Under the pieces are notes generated by a model. The model ran no database searches and was not told the DNA's origin. It worked only from the letters and a program-made list of their open reading frames with translations. Of a stretch of 64,000 nt of DNA, positions 31,603 to 39,871 are shown piece after piece (the first letter of the stretch is position 1; each line of letters starts with the position of its first letter). The DNA comes from an uncultured Actinomycetes bacterium. Its GTDB lineage: Bacteria > Actinomycetota > UBA4738 > HRBIN12. The stretch covers positions 68,381 to 132,380 of the forward strand of contig CAVWWK010000014.1 of NCBI GenBank assembly GCA_963758715.1, written 5' to 3'. The translations under genes and the position numbers were made by a program.

Positions 31603-32115
31603 ATGGGCAGGAAGCTGTTGATCGGTGGGCTCGCGTCGGCGGTGCTGCTGGTGGGGGCCTTGGTCGGCGTCTCATACGGAGGTGGTGGTGGGATCACAGA
31701 GCCCCAGGTAATCGTGCTGAGCCACAGCAGCTGCGGCAAGGACGCACGGTGCGGGTTCTTCAAGTTGAAGCCGTTGGGGAGTTCGGATTCCGCGTACGGG
31801 CAACTGATCCTGGGGCGGATCCCATCGCATGACGTCGATGGGAACCTCGTGGGCATGTCCCACGGCTGGGTCAGCTCCGCCCAGGGAACCGGCTCGTTCG
31901 CCACCGTGATCGAGACCTTGAAGCCCGGCCCGCACACGTCTCGCGGGTCGGTCACCTTGACGGGATTCGTGCCGGGTGGCGGCTGCTACTTCGGCGACAA
32001 GGTCTGCACGTTCGCGGTCACCGGTGGAACCGGCGCCTACGTCAACGCGCGTGGGTACGCCACGGTGGAAGCGGTCCGCCGGCAGATCCGAACGACGCTC
32101 CACCTGATCCCGTAG
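31603..32115 (+). CDS. Secreted/membrane-anchored hypothetical protein (dirigent / allene-oxide-cyclase-like C-terminal signature)
   Basis: An SD (GGAAGGAGG) precedes the ATG at 31603. The N-terminus has a hydrophobic helix LLIGGLASAVLLVGALVGV. The C-terminus FAVTGGTGAYVNARGYATVE resembles the GGTGxYxxARG signature of dirigent-like beta-barrels. The gene is divergent from giant paralog 1. Confidence 0.7.
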   Translation: MGRKLLIGGLASAVLLVGALVGVSYGGGGGITEPQVIVLSHSSCGKDARCGFFKLKPLGSSDSAYGQLILGRIPSHDVDGNLVGMSHGWVSSAQGTGSFATVIETLKPGPHTSRGSVTLTGFVPGGGCYFGDKVCTFAVTGGTGAYVNARGYATVEAVRRQIRTTLHLIP

Positions 32116-32126
32116 GCCGGACAGCG

Positions 32127-32240
32127 ATGCGCGACTTCGGAGAGTGGCTGCGGCACTGGGCGACGTGGCTGGTCGTCGCGGTCACCCTCGGAGTCGTGGT
32201 CGCGATGATCGTCGTCGGGGTCGCTCGGATCGGCTCCTGA
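32127..32240 (+). CDS. Possible 37-aa single-TM peptide
   Basis: The ATG at 32127 gives MRDFGEWLRHWATWLVVAVTLGVVVAMIVVGVARIGS*. It lies 12 nt after the upstream stop. Support is only ORF shape and hydrophobicity. Confidence 0.3.
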   Translation: MRDFGEWLRHWATWLVVAVTLGVVVAMIVVGVARIGS

Positions 32241-32266
32241 GCGGACGAGGGATCCAGGCGACGAAG

Positions 32267-32515
32267 TTACTTCGGGGCGCTGGATCCCTTGACGACGCGT
32301 CGGAACCAATCGCGCAGCCATCCGACCCTGCGCACCGTGGCGTCGGCGTGCAAGGACGCCTCTTCGAGGACCTGGTCGACCTTCGGATCCTCGTTCGCTT
32401 CGGCGGCCTCGTCGATCTTCTCCGCGGTGGTCTCGGACGATGCGTGTGCCGCCTCTGAGACGCTTCCCGGCACGGAGGTCTTAGCGTCGTCGGCGTCCTC
32501 GCGCCCCGTCGTCAT
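32267..32515 (-). CDS. Acidic hypothetical protein (82 aa)
   Basis: Intact ORF whose start overlaps the stop of the upstream STAS gene (ATGA at 32512-32515). The composition is acidic and low-complexity (EAAHASSETTAEKIDEAAEANEDPKVDQVLEE). Confidence 0.5.
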   Translation of the reverse strand: MTTGREDADDAKTSVPGSVSEAAHASSETTAEKIDEAAEANEDPKVDQVLEEASLHADATVRRVGWLRDWFRRVVKGSSAPK

Positions 32516-32850
32516 GCCGGCTCGTCTCCTTCATGAGGGTGTTCGAACGGCATCTTGTCCGCGAGCTCCGTCACCTCGAAGACCCGTTGGACCTCTCGTG
32601 GCCCCGGGATGAGTGTGAGCTCGGTCCCGTTCGCCTTCGAGCGTTCCAACACCTGAACGAGGAGGCGGATCCCGGACGAGTCGATGAAGGACAGCCCCCG
32701 AAGGTCCACCTCGACCGCCTCGTGCGCGTTGCCGAGCGCGTCGGCGAACACCTTCTCCGCCTGGGGGAGGGCGGCGAGGTCGAACTCACCCTGCAGCCGG
32801 ACGACGCGCACACGACCGGTGTCGGACGTCTCGATGTCGAACATCGCCAC
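32512..32850 (-). CDS. STAS-domain anti-sigma-factor antagonist (SpoIIAA/RsbV-like)
   Basis: Intact 112-aa ORF. It reads VVRLQGEFDLAALPQAEKVF...VEVDLRGLSFIDSSGIRLLVQV, with the phosphorylatable-Ser context DSSG. Confidence 0.8.
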   Translation of the reverse strand: MAMFDIETSDTGRVRVVRLQGEFDLAALPQAEKVFADALGNAHEAVEVDLRGLSFIDSSGIRLLVQVLERSKANGTELTLIPGPREVQRVFEVTELADKMPFEHPHEGDEPA

Positions 32851-32939
32851 CTTCCTTCGGAGCGGGAGGAATATCGTAGCCCGCTTCGGGGAAACGATGA
32901 TCCGACGATCCTTTCACCCGTGGCTCGCGAGCGGCGACC

Positions 32940-33335
32940 GTGAGGGCCTCGATGTCTCAGATCTCTATCTCATTCCCCGCGGATCGAACCGCCCCTGCGT
33001 TTGCACGCAGGACCGTCGCCGAGTTCATCGGGCAGGACGCGTCACGGTTGGCGAGCGACGCGGAGCTGCTCACCAGCGAGGTCGTCACCAACAGCGTGCG
33101 GCATGCCGGCTTGGACAGGTCCGACCTGATCGGCCTGAACCTTGATCTGACGGACGAGCGCATGAGGGTCTCGATCTCGGATGGGGGTGCAGGATTCGAT
33201 CCGGATGCACCCAGGCCGCGGGAACTCGGGGGGTGGGGCCTCGTGCTCGTGGCTCGCATCTCCGATCGGTGGGGTGTCGAGCGAAACGATCCCACCGTCG
33301 TGTGGTTCGAGCTTGACCGCGACCTGGACGGTTGA
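32940..33335 (+). CDS. HATPase_c-type anti-sigma factor / serine kinase (RsbW/SpoIIAB-like)
   Basis: Intact 131-aa ORF divergent from the STAS gene. It has an N-box ELLTSEVVTNSVRHA and G-boxes ISDGGAGFD and GGWGLVLVARISD. Confidence 0.75.
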   Translation: MRASMSQISISFPADRTAPAFARRTVAEFIGQDASRLASDAELLTSEVVTNSVRHAGLDRSDLIGLNLDLTDERMRVSISDGGAGFDPDAPRPRELGGWGLVLVARISDRWGVERNDPTVVWFELDRDLDG

Positions 33336-33341
33336 ACGCGC

Positions 33342-34004
33342 TCAGGTCTCGAGCCTGTATCCCATGCCTCGGATGTTCGTGATGCGATCGGCGCCGAGCT
33401 TCTTGCGGAGATGTCCGACGTACACGTCGACCACGTTGGACCGTGGGTCGTAGTCGTAGCCCCACACCAGGCTCAGCAGCTGCTCCCGGCTCAGCACCTG
33501 CCCTGGGTTGCTGAAGAACGCGTCGGCGAGCGCGAACTCGCGAGCGGTGAGCTCCACCGTCGTCCCGTCGACGATCGCGTCCCGGCGCCGCAGGTCCAGG
33601 GTCACGTCGCCGACGGTCAGCATGGGCGATGCCGGCGCGGCATCGGTTCGGAGCCGCGTGCGGACGCGTGCGAGCAGCTCCTCGAACGGGAAGGGCTTGC
33701 GCACGTAGTCGTCGGCACCGCCCTCCAGCCCCGCCACCGCGTCACGCGCACTGTCCCGCGCCGTCAGGATGATGACCGGAAGCGACGTGTTCTGCTCGCG
33801 GATCTCGCGCAGGACCTCGAAGCCGTCCTTCCCGGGCAGCCCGATGTCCAGGATCAGCAGGTCGAATCCGCCGGAAAGGGCCTTGAGCAGCGCGGAGGGG
33901 CCGTCGGCCGCGACCGTCGTCGAGAAGCCGGCCGCCATGAGCCCCTTCTCCAGGAACGAGGCGATGCGCTCCTCGTCCTCGGCGATCAGGATCCGCCCGC
34001 TCAT
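33342..34004 (-). CDS. OmpR-family response regulator
   Basis: Reads MSGRILIAEDEERI...DLLILDIGLPGKDGFEVL...GADDYVRKPF, followed by a wHTH ...LTAREFALADAFFSNPGQVLSREQLL...VDVYVGHLRKKL...IRGMGYRL. The start overlaps the kinase stop (ATGA at 34001-34004). Confidence 0.9.
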   Translation of the reverse strand: MSGRILIAEDEERIASFLEKGLMAAGFSTTVAADGPSALLKALSGGFDLLILDIGLPGKDGFEVLREIREQNTSLPVIILTARDSARDAVAGLEGGADDYVRKPFPFEELLARVRTRLRTDAAPASPMLTVGDVTLDLRRRDAIVDGTTVELTAREFALADAFFSNPGQVLSREQLLSLVWGYDYDPRSNVVDVYVGHLRKKLGADRITNIRGMGYRLET

Positions 34005-35470
34005 GCGCCCGCCCTCGTGCGTTCGGCGGGCTTCCGGCGATCGGAGGGTCGGAGGCCCGGCGTCCTGACCGGAAGGTGCAGCGTGAACTTCGCGCCATGG
34101 CCAGGGCGACTGGTGACGTCCGCCCGCCCGCCGTGCGCCTCGACGATCGCCCGCACGATCGCCAGCCCCAGTCCCGCACCGTCGGATCGTCGGTGGCCGT
34201 CGCCGCGCGCGAACCGGTCGAAGATGGTCTCCTGTGCCGCCAGCGGGATGCCCGGCCCGTCGTCGCGGACCCACAGGCGTATGCCGCCCGCCGTCACCGA
34301 CGACCCCATCCAGATCGCCACGCCCTCCGGTGTGTGCTGGGACGCGTTCACCGCAAGCTGCATCATCGCCTGGGTGATCCGCTGACGGTCCATGAGGAAC
34401 AAGCCGGCGCCGACGGCTTCGAGCTGCCAGCCCCGGTTGGCGATCCCTAGCGCCTTCGCGTGCAGGTCCCTGGTGAGCTCGTCCAGATCCACGGCCTCCA
34501 TCTCGACGAACCCCGGCTGGTCGGCCTTCGACAGCAACAACAGGTCGTTCACGATGCGATCGATCCGCCCCAGCTCATCCATGACGATGTTCATCGTGTC
34601 GGCTCGCTGCGCGGGGTCGTCGCCCATCAGCTCCAGGTGGCCTCGCACGATCGTGACGGGCGTTCGCAGCTCGTGGCCGGCGTCATCGGCGAAGCGGCGC
34701 TGCGCGGTGAAGGCCTCCTCCAGTCGATCGAGCATCTGGTTGAAGGTCCGGGCCAACACAGCGACCTCGTCGTTCCCTCGGGCGTCGATCCGGCGATGGA
34801 GGTCGGTATCCGTGATCGACTGCGCGGTGTCGGTGAGCCGCCGCAACGGGGAGACGACCCGGCCGGCGGCGAACCACGAGACGATCGACGCCAGGATGGT
34901 CACACCGATGCCCACCAGGGCCATCGTCCGCGACACCTCATCGATCTCCTCGCGCTCGAACGCCGACGAGTTCGAGATGATCAGGGTTCCCCGGACGCCG
35001 TCGTTCAGCACGATCGGCTCCACAACGTATCGGAGATCGCCCGCCGCCGTCGCGAGCACCCCTTGCTGCGGCCCGTCGAGGTTCGACCAGCGCTGCAGGT
35101 CCGTCGTGAGGTCCTCCAGAGGGAAGCCGGCGTCGTGCGCTCGCTCGCTGGCGTAGGGGACTCCGTCGATGAGGGCGAGCACCTCCTCACCCTCGGACGG
35201 AAGGTTCTGCGACAGGTAGGTATCGAAGATCGCCGGGAGGTCGGATCCGAACGGTTCGCCCGTGTCGGGATTGTTCGACCCCAAGACCGTTCGGAACTCT
35301 CCGACCTCCTTCTCGAGCGACCGTTCGATCTCGTCGCTCAGCTGGGTCAGGAGGATCTGTCGAACCGCCAGGACCGAGGCAACCGTGGCCGCCGTCAACA
35401 CCAGCACGAAGATGACCACCAGCTTGCCCCGCAGGCCCAGCCGAGTCGTCGTCTCCGATCGGATCTCCAT
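34001..35470 (-). CDS. Sensor histidine kinase (two TM helices, HAMP, HisKA, HATPase_c)
   Basis: Intact 489-aa ORF. It has an H-box FADDAGHELRTPVTIV, an N-box QLAVNASQHTP, and G-boxes VRDDGPGIP and GAGLGLAIV. Confidence 0.9.
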   Translation of the reverse strand: MEIRSETTTRLGLRGKLVVIFVLVLTAATVASVLAVRQILLTQLSDEIERSLEKEVGEFRTVLGSNNPDTGEPFGSDLPAIFDTYLSQNLPSEGEEVLALIDGVPYASERAHDAGFPLEDLTTDLQRWSNLDGPQQGVLATAAGDLRYVVEPIVLNDGVRGTLIISNSSAFEREEIDEVSRTMALVGIGVTILASIVSWFAAGRVVSPLRRLTDTAQSITDTDLHRRIDARGNDEVAVLARTFNQMLDRLEEAFTAQRRFADDAGHELRTPVTIVRGHLELMGDDPAQRADTMNIVMDELGRIDRIVNDLLLLSKADQPGFVEMEAVDLDELTRDLHAKALGIANRGWQLEAVGAGLFLMDRQRITQAMMQLAVNASQHTPEGVAIWMGSSVTAGGIRLWVRDDGPGIPLAAQETIFDRFARGDGHRRSDGAGLGLAIVRAIVEAHGGRADVTSRPGHGAKFTLHLPVRTPGLRPSDRRKPAERTRAGA

Positions 35471-35498
35471 CGTTCCTAACCCTAGGCTTGCACACGAA

Positions 35499-35528
35499 CC
35501 GCAGGGGTGCCGATCTGGCCCCCTGCGG
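35499..35528 (-). terminator. GC-rich hairpin downstream of the 35550-35951 gene
   Basis: A perfect 9-bp stem CCGCAGGGG / CCCCTGCGG encloses a 12-nt loop. It lies about 20 nt after the stop of the minus-strand secreted-protein gene. There is no U-tract. Confidence 0.45.
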
Positions 35529-35549
35529 TCGTGAGCGATGTGGTAACGC

Positions 35550-35951
35550 TTACAGCTTGGCCGTCGCCATGCAGAACGCTCCCGTCACCGTGTTGCGGGC
35601 GCGGACCGTGAAGCGGTCCAGCCCGATGTGGTCCTTCACCGAGCGGTCGACCTCCAGGTCGGGCCGGTCGTCGTCGTCAAGGTGCGTGACCCGGGTGCCC
35701 TGGAAGACCTTCACGCCGTCGTGGTGGATCTTGATCTTCCAGCGCTGGCCTGCCGGAGCGGCCGTCACCTCGAAGTCCACCTCGATCCTGCCGTTGTCCC
35801 GCTCCAGATCGAGCTCCCATCGGCCACGGCCATCGCAGCTGCCGTGCTTCTCCACGCCGCCCCCGCGGGCGGCGTTGGCCGCGCCTCCAGGGACGACCAA
35901 GGCGAGCGCCGCGATCCCTGCCAACGCGAACCCGATGATCCGTCGTGCCAT
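35550..35951 (-). CDS. Secreted hypothetical protein
   Basis: The ATG at 35951 gives the signal peptide MARRIIGFALAGIAALALVVPGGAANA. The mature part is beta-rich: GSCDGRGRWELDLERDNGRIEVDFEVTAAPAGQRWKIKIHHDGVKVFQG...TGAFCMATAKL. Confidence 0.7.
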   Translation of the reverse strand: MARRIIGFALAGIAALALVVPGGAANAARGGGVEKHGSCDGRGRWELDLERDNGRIEVDFEVTAAPAGQRWKIKIHHDGVKVFQGTRVTHLDDDDRPDLEVDRSVKDHIGLDRFTVRARNTVTGAFCMATAKL

Positions 35952-36113
35952 GATGCACCTCCTGCGTTCGGGGGACGCCTCTCCTCGTGCGCCCTCGATC
36001 ACAAGCTATGGAGCGGGTGTGAGCGCTCGATGAAGGTCGCGTGAAAGGGTCTTCATCTGGTGTGCGGGCATGGACCGGGCGGATCCGCGCGCATGCCGGT
36101 AGGTTCCCGGCGT

Positions 36114-36634
36114 CGTGATCCTCTCCGGCTCGCTCGTGACGCTGCGCCCCGCCTCCGACGGCGATGCCGAGCGACTTGGCGGAGATCCGCGTGGAGCCAG
36201 AGGTGGTCAGGCACTGGGGCACCTTCGACGAGGCGGATGGGATCCTGGGCGACGACGACGTGGAGGTGTTCGTCGTCGAGGTGGGCGGTGAGGTGATCGG
36301 CGCGGTCCAGTTCGGCGAAGAGGACGATCCGATGTACCGGCACGCGAGCGTTGACATCTTCCTGACCACGTCGATGCACGGCCAGGGTTTCGGTTCTGAC
36401 GCCATCCGGACGATCGCCAGGTACCTGTTCGACGAACGGGGGCACCACCGGCTGACGATCGATCCCGCCGCCCACAACCGCGCGGCGATCGCGGCCTACG
36501 AGCGCGTTGGGTTCCTTCGCGTCGGCGTGATGCGTGACTATGAACGCGGTCCCGACGGCACGTGGCACGACGGGCTGCTCATGGACATGCTCAGCGGGGA
36601 GCTCGTGGATCCCGCCGGCCCGGGCGATCGGTAG
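36114..36634 (+). pseudogene. GNAT family N-acetyltransferase, one frame break near the 5' end
   Basis: ORF 36164..36634 reads VFVVEVGGEVIGAVQF...IFLTTSMHGQGFGSDAIRTIARYLFDERGHHRLTIDPAAHNRAAIAAYERVGF. The N-terminus VILSGSLVTLRPASDGDAERL starts at the GTG at 36114 in another frame. Confidence 0.75.
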
Positions 36635-36650
36635 CCGTCGTCGACGGTGT

Positions 36651-37475
36651 TCAGGCGATCTGGAAGGAACGCTTGGCGAGGCCCAGGAAGAAGCCCTCGA
36701 TCTCCGTGTCGGGCGCGGCGCCCGCATCGCCGGCCGCACCGAGCGTGACGAACAGCGGCGCGAAGTGTTCCACGGTGGGGTGCGCGTAGGGCATGCCGGG
36801 CGCGCGCCGGCGGAAATCCATCAGCTCGTCGACGTCGCGCCTCGCGAGCGCCTCGGCGCTCCACGCGTCGAACTCCTTCGACCAGTCGGGCGGTAGCGCG
36901 TCGGGGCGGAAGTCACGTAGGAACGGCAGCCCATGGGTGAGGAACCCCGACCCCACGACGAGCACGCCTTCGTCGCGAAGGGGCCGCAGCCGGCGCCCGA
37001 GATCGAAGAGGCGCGGTGGATCGAGCGAGGGCATCGACATCTGCAGCACCGGGATGTCGGCCCCCGGGTACATGACCATCAGCGGCACGTACGCGCCGTG
37101 GTCGAGCCCGTAGTCGGGCCGGTCGGCGACCGGTTCGGTGTCGGGCATCAGGGCCCTCACGCGGGCCGCCAGATCGGGCGCGCCAGGCGAGCGATACGTC
37201 ATGCGGTAGAAGCGTTCAGGGAACCCGTAGAAGTCGTAGGTGAGCGGAACGCCGGTCTCGGTCGCACCCAGCGTGAGGGGCGCCGACTCCCAGTGCGCCG
37301 ACACGATCAGGATCGACCGCGGGCGGGGAAGGTCCCTCGCCCAGGCCGCGAGCTGCGACGTCCAGAGGGCATCGTCCAGGAGCGGGGGAGCGCCGTGCCC
37401 GAGGTAGAGGGCCGGCATCGGCTCGTCGGACGACACCCGATCCGGGTCAGGCTTGGTCTGCGTGTCGGTCAGCAT
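36651..37475 (-). CDS. Class III extradiol ring-cleavage dioxygenase (4,5-DOPA dioxygenase / YgiD-like)
   Basis: Intact 274-aa ORF. Motifs seen: PALYLGHGAPP, ILIVSAHWE, YDFYGFP, GLDHGAYVPL, VVGSGFLTHG, HPTVEHFAPL. Confidence 0.85.
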   Translation of the reverse strand: MLTDTQTKPDPDRVSSDEPMPALYLGHGAPPLLDDALWTSQLAAWARDLPRPRSILIVSAHWESAPLTLGATETGVPLTYDFYGFPERFYRMTYRSPGAPDLAARVRALMPDTEPVADRPDYGLDHGAYVPLMVMYPGADIPVLQMSMPSLDPPRLFDLGRRLRPLRDEGVLVVGSGFLTHGLPFLRDFRPDALPPDWSKEFDAWSAEALARRDVDELMDFRRRAPGMPYAHPTVEHFAPLFVTLGAAGDAGAAPDTEIEGFFLGLAKRSFQIA

Positions 37476-37493
37476 CGCGATCCTTCCGGCGGG

Positions 37494-37946
37494 CTATCCG
37501 TCGATCTCGCCGAGCCAGTCTCGCAGTCTGGGCAGGTGTTCGGCGTAGTGCTCGGGTCCGGCCTTGCGCACCCACCAGTCTCCCTTGTCGGCGTCGGCAG
37601 GGAGCGCGCCCCACGCCGCGAGCATGCGGGCACGGGCGGCGATCGCCTGACTTCGCACGATCGGGTACGGCACGTCCTTCATCGCCTCGTAGAACCCCGC
37701 GTTCACGGCGTCGATGTCGATCTCCTCCCGCCGGTAGGTGCCGAAGCGGATGCGTTCGAGGATCATCCCCGCTTCGGCGAGCCAGCTCCCGATGTGGGCG
37801 ACCAGATCCTTCGCGGACCAGCCTTCCTCGAAGTAGCCAGGCGTGGTCACCTTGGAGGCCGGGAGGGAGTCGACCAGGGAGTCGAGGTCCGCCCACAGCC
37901 GATCCTCCTCGGCCATGAGCTGTTGCTTGTCTCGGCCTACCGACAT
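37494..37946 (-). CDS. DinB/ClbS-like four-helix-bundle protein
   Basis: Intact 150-aa ORF. It reads LWADLDSLVDSLP...GWSAKDLVAHIGSWLAEAGMILERI...HYAEHLPRLRDWL. Confidence 0.6.
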   Translation of the reverse strand: MSVGRDKQQLMAEEDRLWADLDSLVDSLPASKVTTPGYFEEGWSAKDLVAHIGSWLAEAGMILERIRFGTYRREEIDIDAVNAGFYEAMKDVPYPIVRSQAIAARARMLAAWGALPADADKGDWWVRKAGPEHYAEHLPRLRDWLGEIDG

Positions 37947-37964
37947 CGCGACAGTATGCCGGGG

Positions 37965-38363
37965 TCAGTCGTGATCGTGCTCGGCGGCGTCGGCTTCGGC
38001 CTTCGTCCGATGCACGGTGCCGTCGGGGTGCTCGGGAGGCGAGTACAGCGAATAGAGCTTGACGTCGCCGTCACCGATGTTGACCACGTTGTGCCAGATA
38101 CCGGCCGGCACGATGAAGGCCCAGTCGTCCTGGACCTCGTGGGTCTCGTCGACGGAATCCTCGGTTCGGCCGAACTCGACGCGGGCCTGGCCCTGTTCGA
38201 GCCTGAGGAACTGGTCGAGGTGTCCGTGACGTTCCCACCCGATCTCCTCGCCCGGGCCCAGCCGCATCAACGTCAGCTGGGTGTGCTCACCCGTGTACGC
38301 GACGGTGCGGAAGTTGGTGTTGTCCAGCGTGAGCCGTTCGATGTCATCGAGCCATCCGAGCAT
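37965..38363 (-). CDS. Cupin domain protein
   Basis: Intact 132-aa ORF. It reads GEEIGWERHGHLDQFLRLEQGQARVEF...AFIVPAGIWHNVVNIGDGDVKLYSLYSPPEH. Confidence 0.8.
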   Translation of the reverse strand: MLGWLDDIERLTLDNTNFRTVAYTGEHTQLTLMRLGPGEEIGWERHGHLDQFLRLEQGQARVEFGRTEDSVDETHEVQDDWAFIVPAGIWHNVVNIGDGDVKLYSLYSPPEHPDGTVHRTKAEADAAEHDHD

Positions 38364-38461
38364 CGAGGACCTCCCGTCTTCGATCGAACCGTGTCTTCGG
38401 GACAGTCTGCGGCATCGTGGGTGGGTCCGCCTGACACCGATGGCTCACCTAGACTGCCTGC

Positions 38462-39076
38462 ATGATCGCCTTGAGCACCGCTACCGAGGTCCTCGCGATC
38501 GCCGTGGCGGTGTGGCTCACGATCGGCATCACCCTCGCCGTCGTCATGGGGCGTCGTGGGCACGGCGCGTTCCAGTGGCTCATCCTCGGGACGGTCCTCG
38601 GTCCGATCGCGCTGCCGCTCGCATGGACCTCCATCCGCGATGAGCGTCCCGCTCACGTCCGCGAGCTGACCGAGGGGACACCGGGTACGGGGGACACGGA
38701 TGTTCTCGTCGGGATCGACGGGTCCCCCGAGTCCGAGCAGGCCTTGCGGTCCGCGGTCGAGCTGGTCGGTGCTCGCCTCGGCCGTCTCACGCTTGCAGGC
38801 GTCATCGATACCAACAACACGAGCCAGCAGGCGCGGTCGAACGAGGAGCGAGCCATCCGCCTGCTCGAAGGGTCGGTTGCTTCCACCGACGGGCACGAAC
38901 CGGCCACGATCCTGTTGTCCGGTCAGCCGGCCGAGGCGCTCGCGAGCCATGCCGGCAAGGAGGGATACGACCTCCTCGTCGTCGGGCGACGAGGGCGCGG
39001 ACTGAGCAAGGCGGTCCTGGGCAGCACCGCAGCCCGGGTGGCGAACCGGACCCACGTCCCGGTGCTCATCGTCTGA
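38462..39076 (+). CDS. Membrane-anchored universal stress protein (UspA family)
   Basis: Intact 204-aa ORF. It has two N-terminal TM helices followed by VLVGIDGSPESEQALRSAVEL...GYDLLVVGRRGRGLSKAVLGSTAARVANRTHVPVLIV. Confidence 0.8.
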   Translation: MIALSTATEVLAIAVAVWLTIGITLAVVMGRRGHGAFQWLILGTVLGPIALPLAWTSIRDERPAHVRELTEGTPGTGDTDVLVGIDGSPESEQALRSAVELVGARLGRLTLAGVIDTNNTSQQARSNEERAIRLLEGSVASTDGHEPATILLSGQPAEALASHAGKEGYDLLVVGRRGRGLSKAVLGSTAARVANRTHVPVLIV

Positions 39077-39106
39077 CGGCCGAGCGAGGGGTCGAGACGG
39101 GCGCGC

Positions 39107-39446
39107 TCACGCGCTGGGGCAACGATCGACGTGGAGGAACTGGCGGCATTCGTCGTCGGTCAGCGAGCGTGTGACCTCGCCCTTCGCGATCTCGAGGAGG
39201 TCGTCGATGTCGAGCGCCCACACGTGGATCCCCTCCGTCGTTCGGCGATTGGGACGCCAGCATGCTGCTATCGGCGCTGAATGCCAGCCGTCCGACCGGC
39301 CACGGATCGTTGGTGTGGAGCGTGTACAGGAAGGCCCCCGTCGCGCCGTCGAACAGGTAGACGCTGCCTGGCCTGCCGCTGGCGGCGATCCGACGACCGT
39401 CGGGGCTGAACTCAAAGTCGTAGACGGAGGCCGGGCCTCCCTTCAA
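39107..39446 (-). pseudogene. Orphan 3' fragment of a giant-gene paralog (last two WD40 blades plus conserved tail)
   Basis: ORFs 39066..39446 and 39107..39415 join to SVYDFEFSPDGRRIAASGRPGSVYLFDGATGAFLYTLHTNDPWPVGRLAFSADSSMLAS...HVWALDIDDLLEIAKGEVTRSLTDDECRQFLHVDRCPSA*. This is colinear with the last 110 or so residues of paralog 2. No WD40, NTPase or start signal lies upstream of 39446. Confidence 0.75.
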
Positions 39447-39724
39447 TGCGGCTACGCGGGCGAGCTTCCGGTCGGCGTGTCGTTCATGGCCTGTGCCTGG
39501 AGGAGCCCAAGCTCATCAAGTACGCGTACGCCGTCGACCAGGCTCTGCAGGTGCGGCACGAGCCGAAGTTCCTGGAGGGCTACGCCACGAGGGAGTTCAG
39601 CAGTCGTTGAACGGGAGGCCTCTTTGAGCGTTCCTCCAGCGGCTTGAATGAGGATTGCAAGGTGAGGCTGGCAGGTTCTTGCCACCGGACCTTGGAACAA
39701 GGTCATGGAACAAGGAGGAACCCG

Positions 39725-39871
39725 ATGAAGATCGGACCGTTCATACGGGAGCTGCTGGCAGAACCCGTGATCGAGCCGGTTCCCGACGTGCTCCCGCCGG
39801 TCGGGCCCATCGAGGCGCCGCTGCCGGAGTCCGCGGACGCCGAGGAAGTGCCGGTTCCGGCAGAGCGATGA
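39725..39871 (+). CDS. Small Pro/Glu-rich hypothetical protein (48 aa)
   Basis: A strong SD (CAAGGAGGAA) lies 5 nt before the ATG at 39725. The product is MKIGPFIRELLAEPVIEPVPDVLPPVGPIEAPLPESADAEEVPVPAER*. Its stop overlaps the next start (ATGA at 39868-39871). Confidence 0.5.
   Translation: MKIGPFIRELLAEPVIEPVPDVLPPVGPIEAPLPESADAEEVPVPAER

Noticed and set aside
39446-39610. A plus-strand 54-codon ORF ends ...EEPKLIKYAYAVDQALQVRHEPKFLEGYATREFSSR*, immediately upstream of the orphan WD40 fragment.
   Set aside because: It reads like the C-terminus of a real protein, but the N-terminal part is Arg-rich junk and no family is recognisable. It is probably another remnant at the rearrangement breakpoint and is not annotated as a gene.
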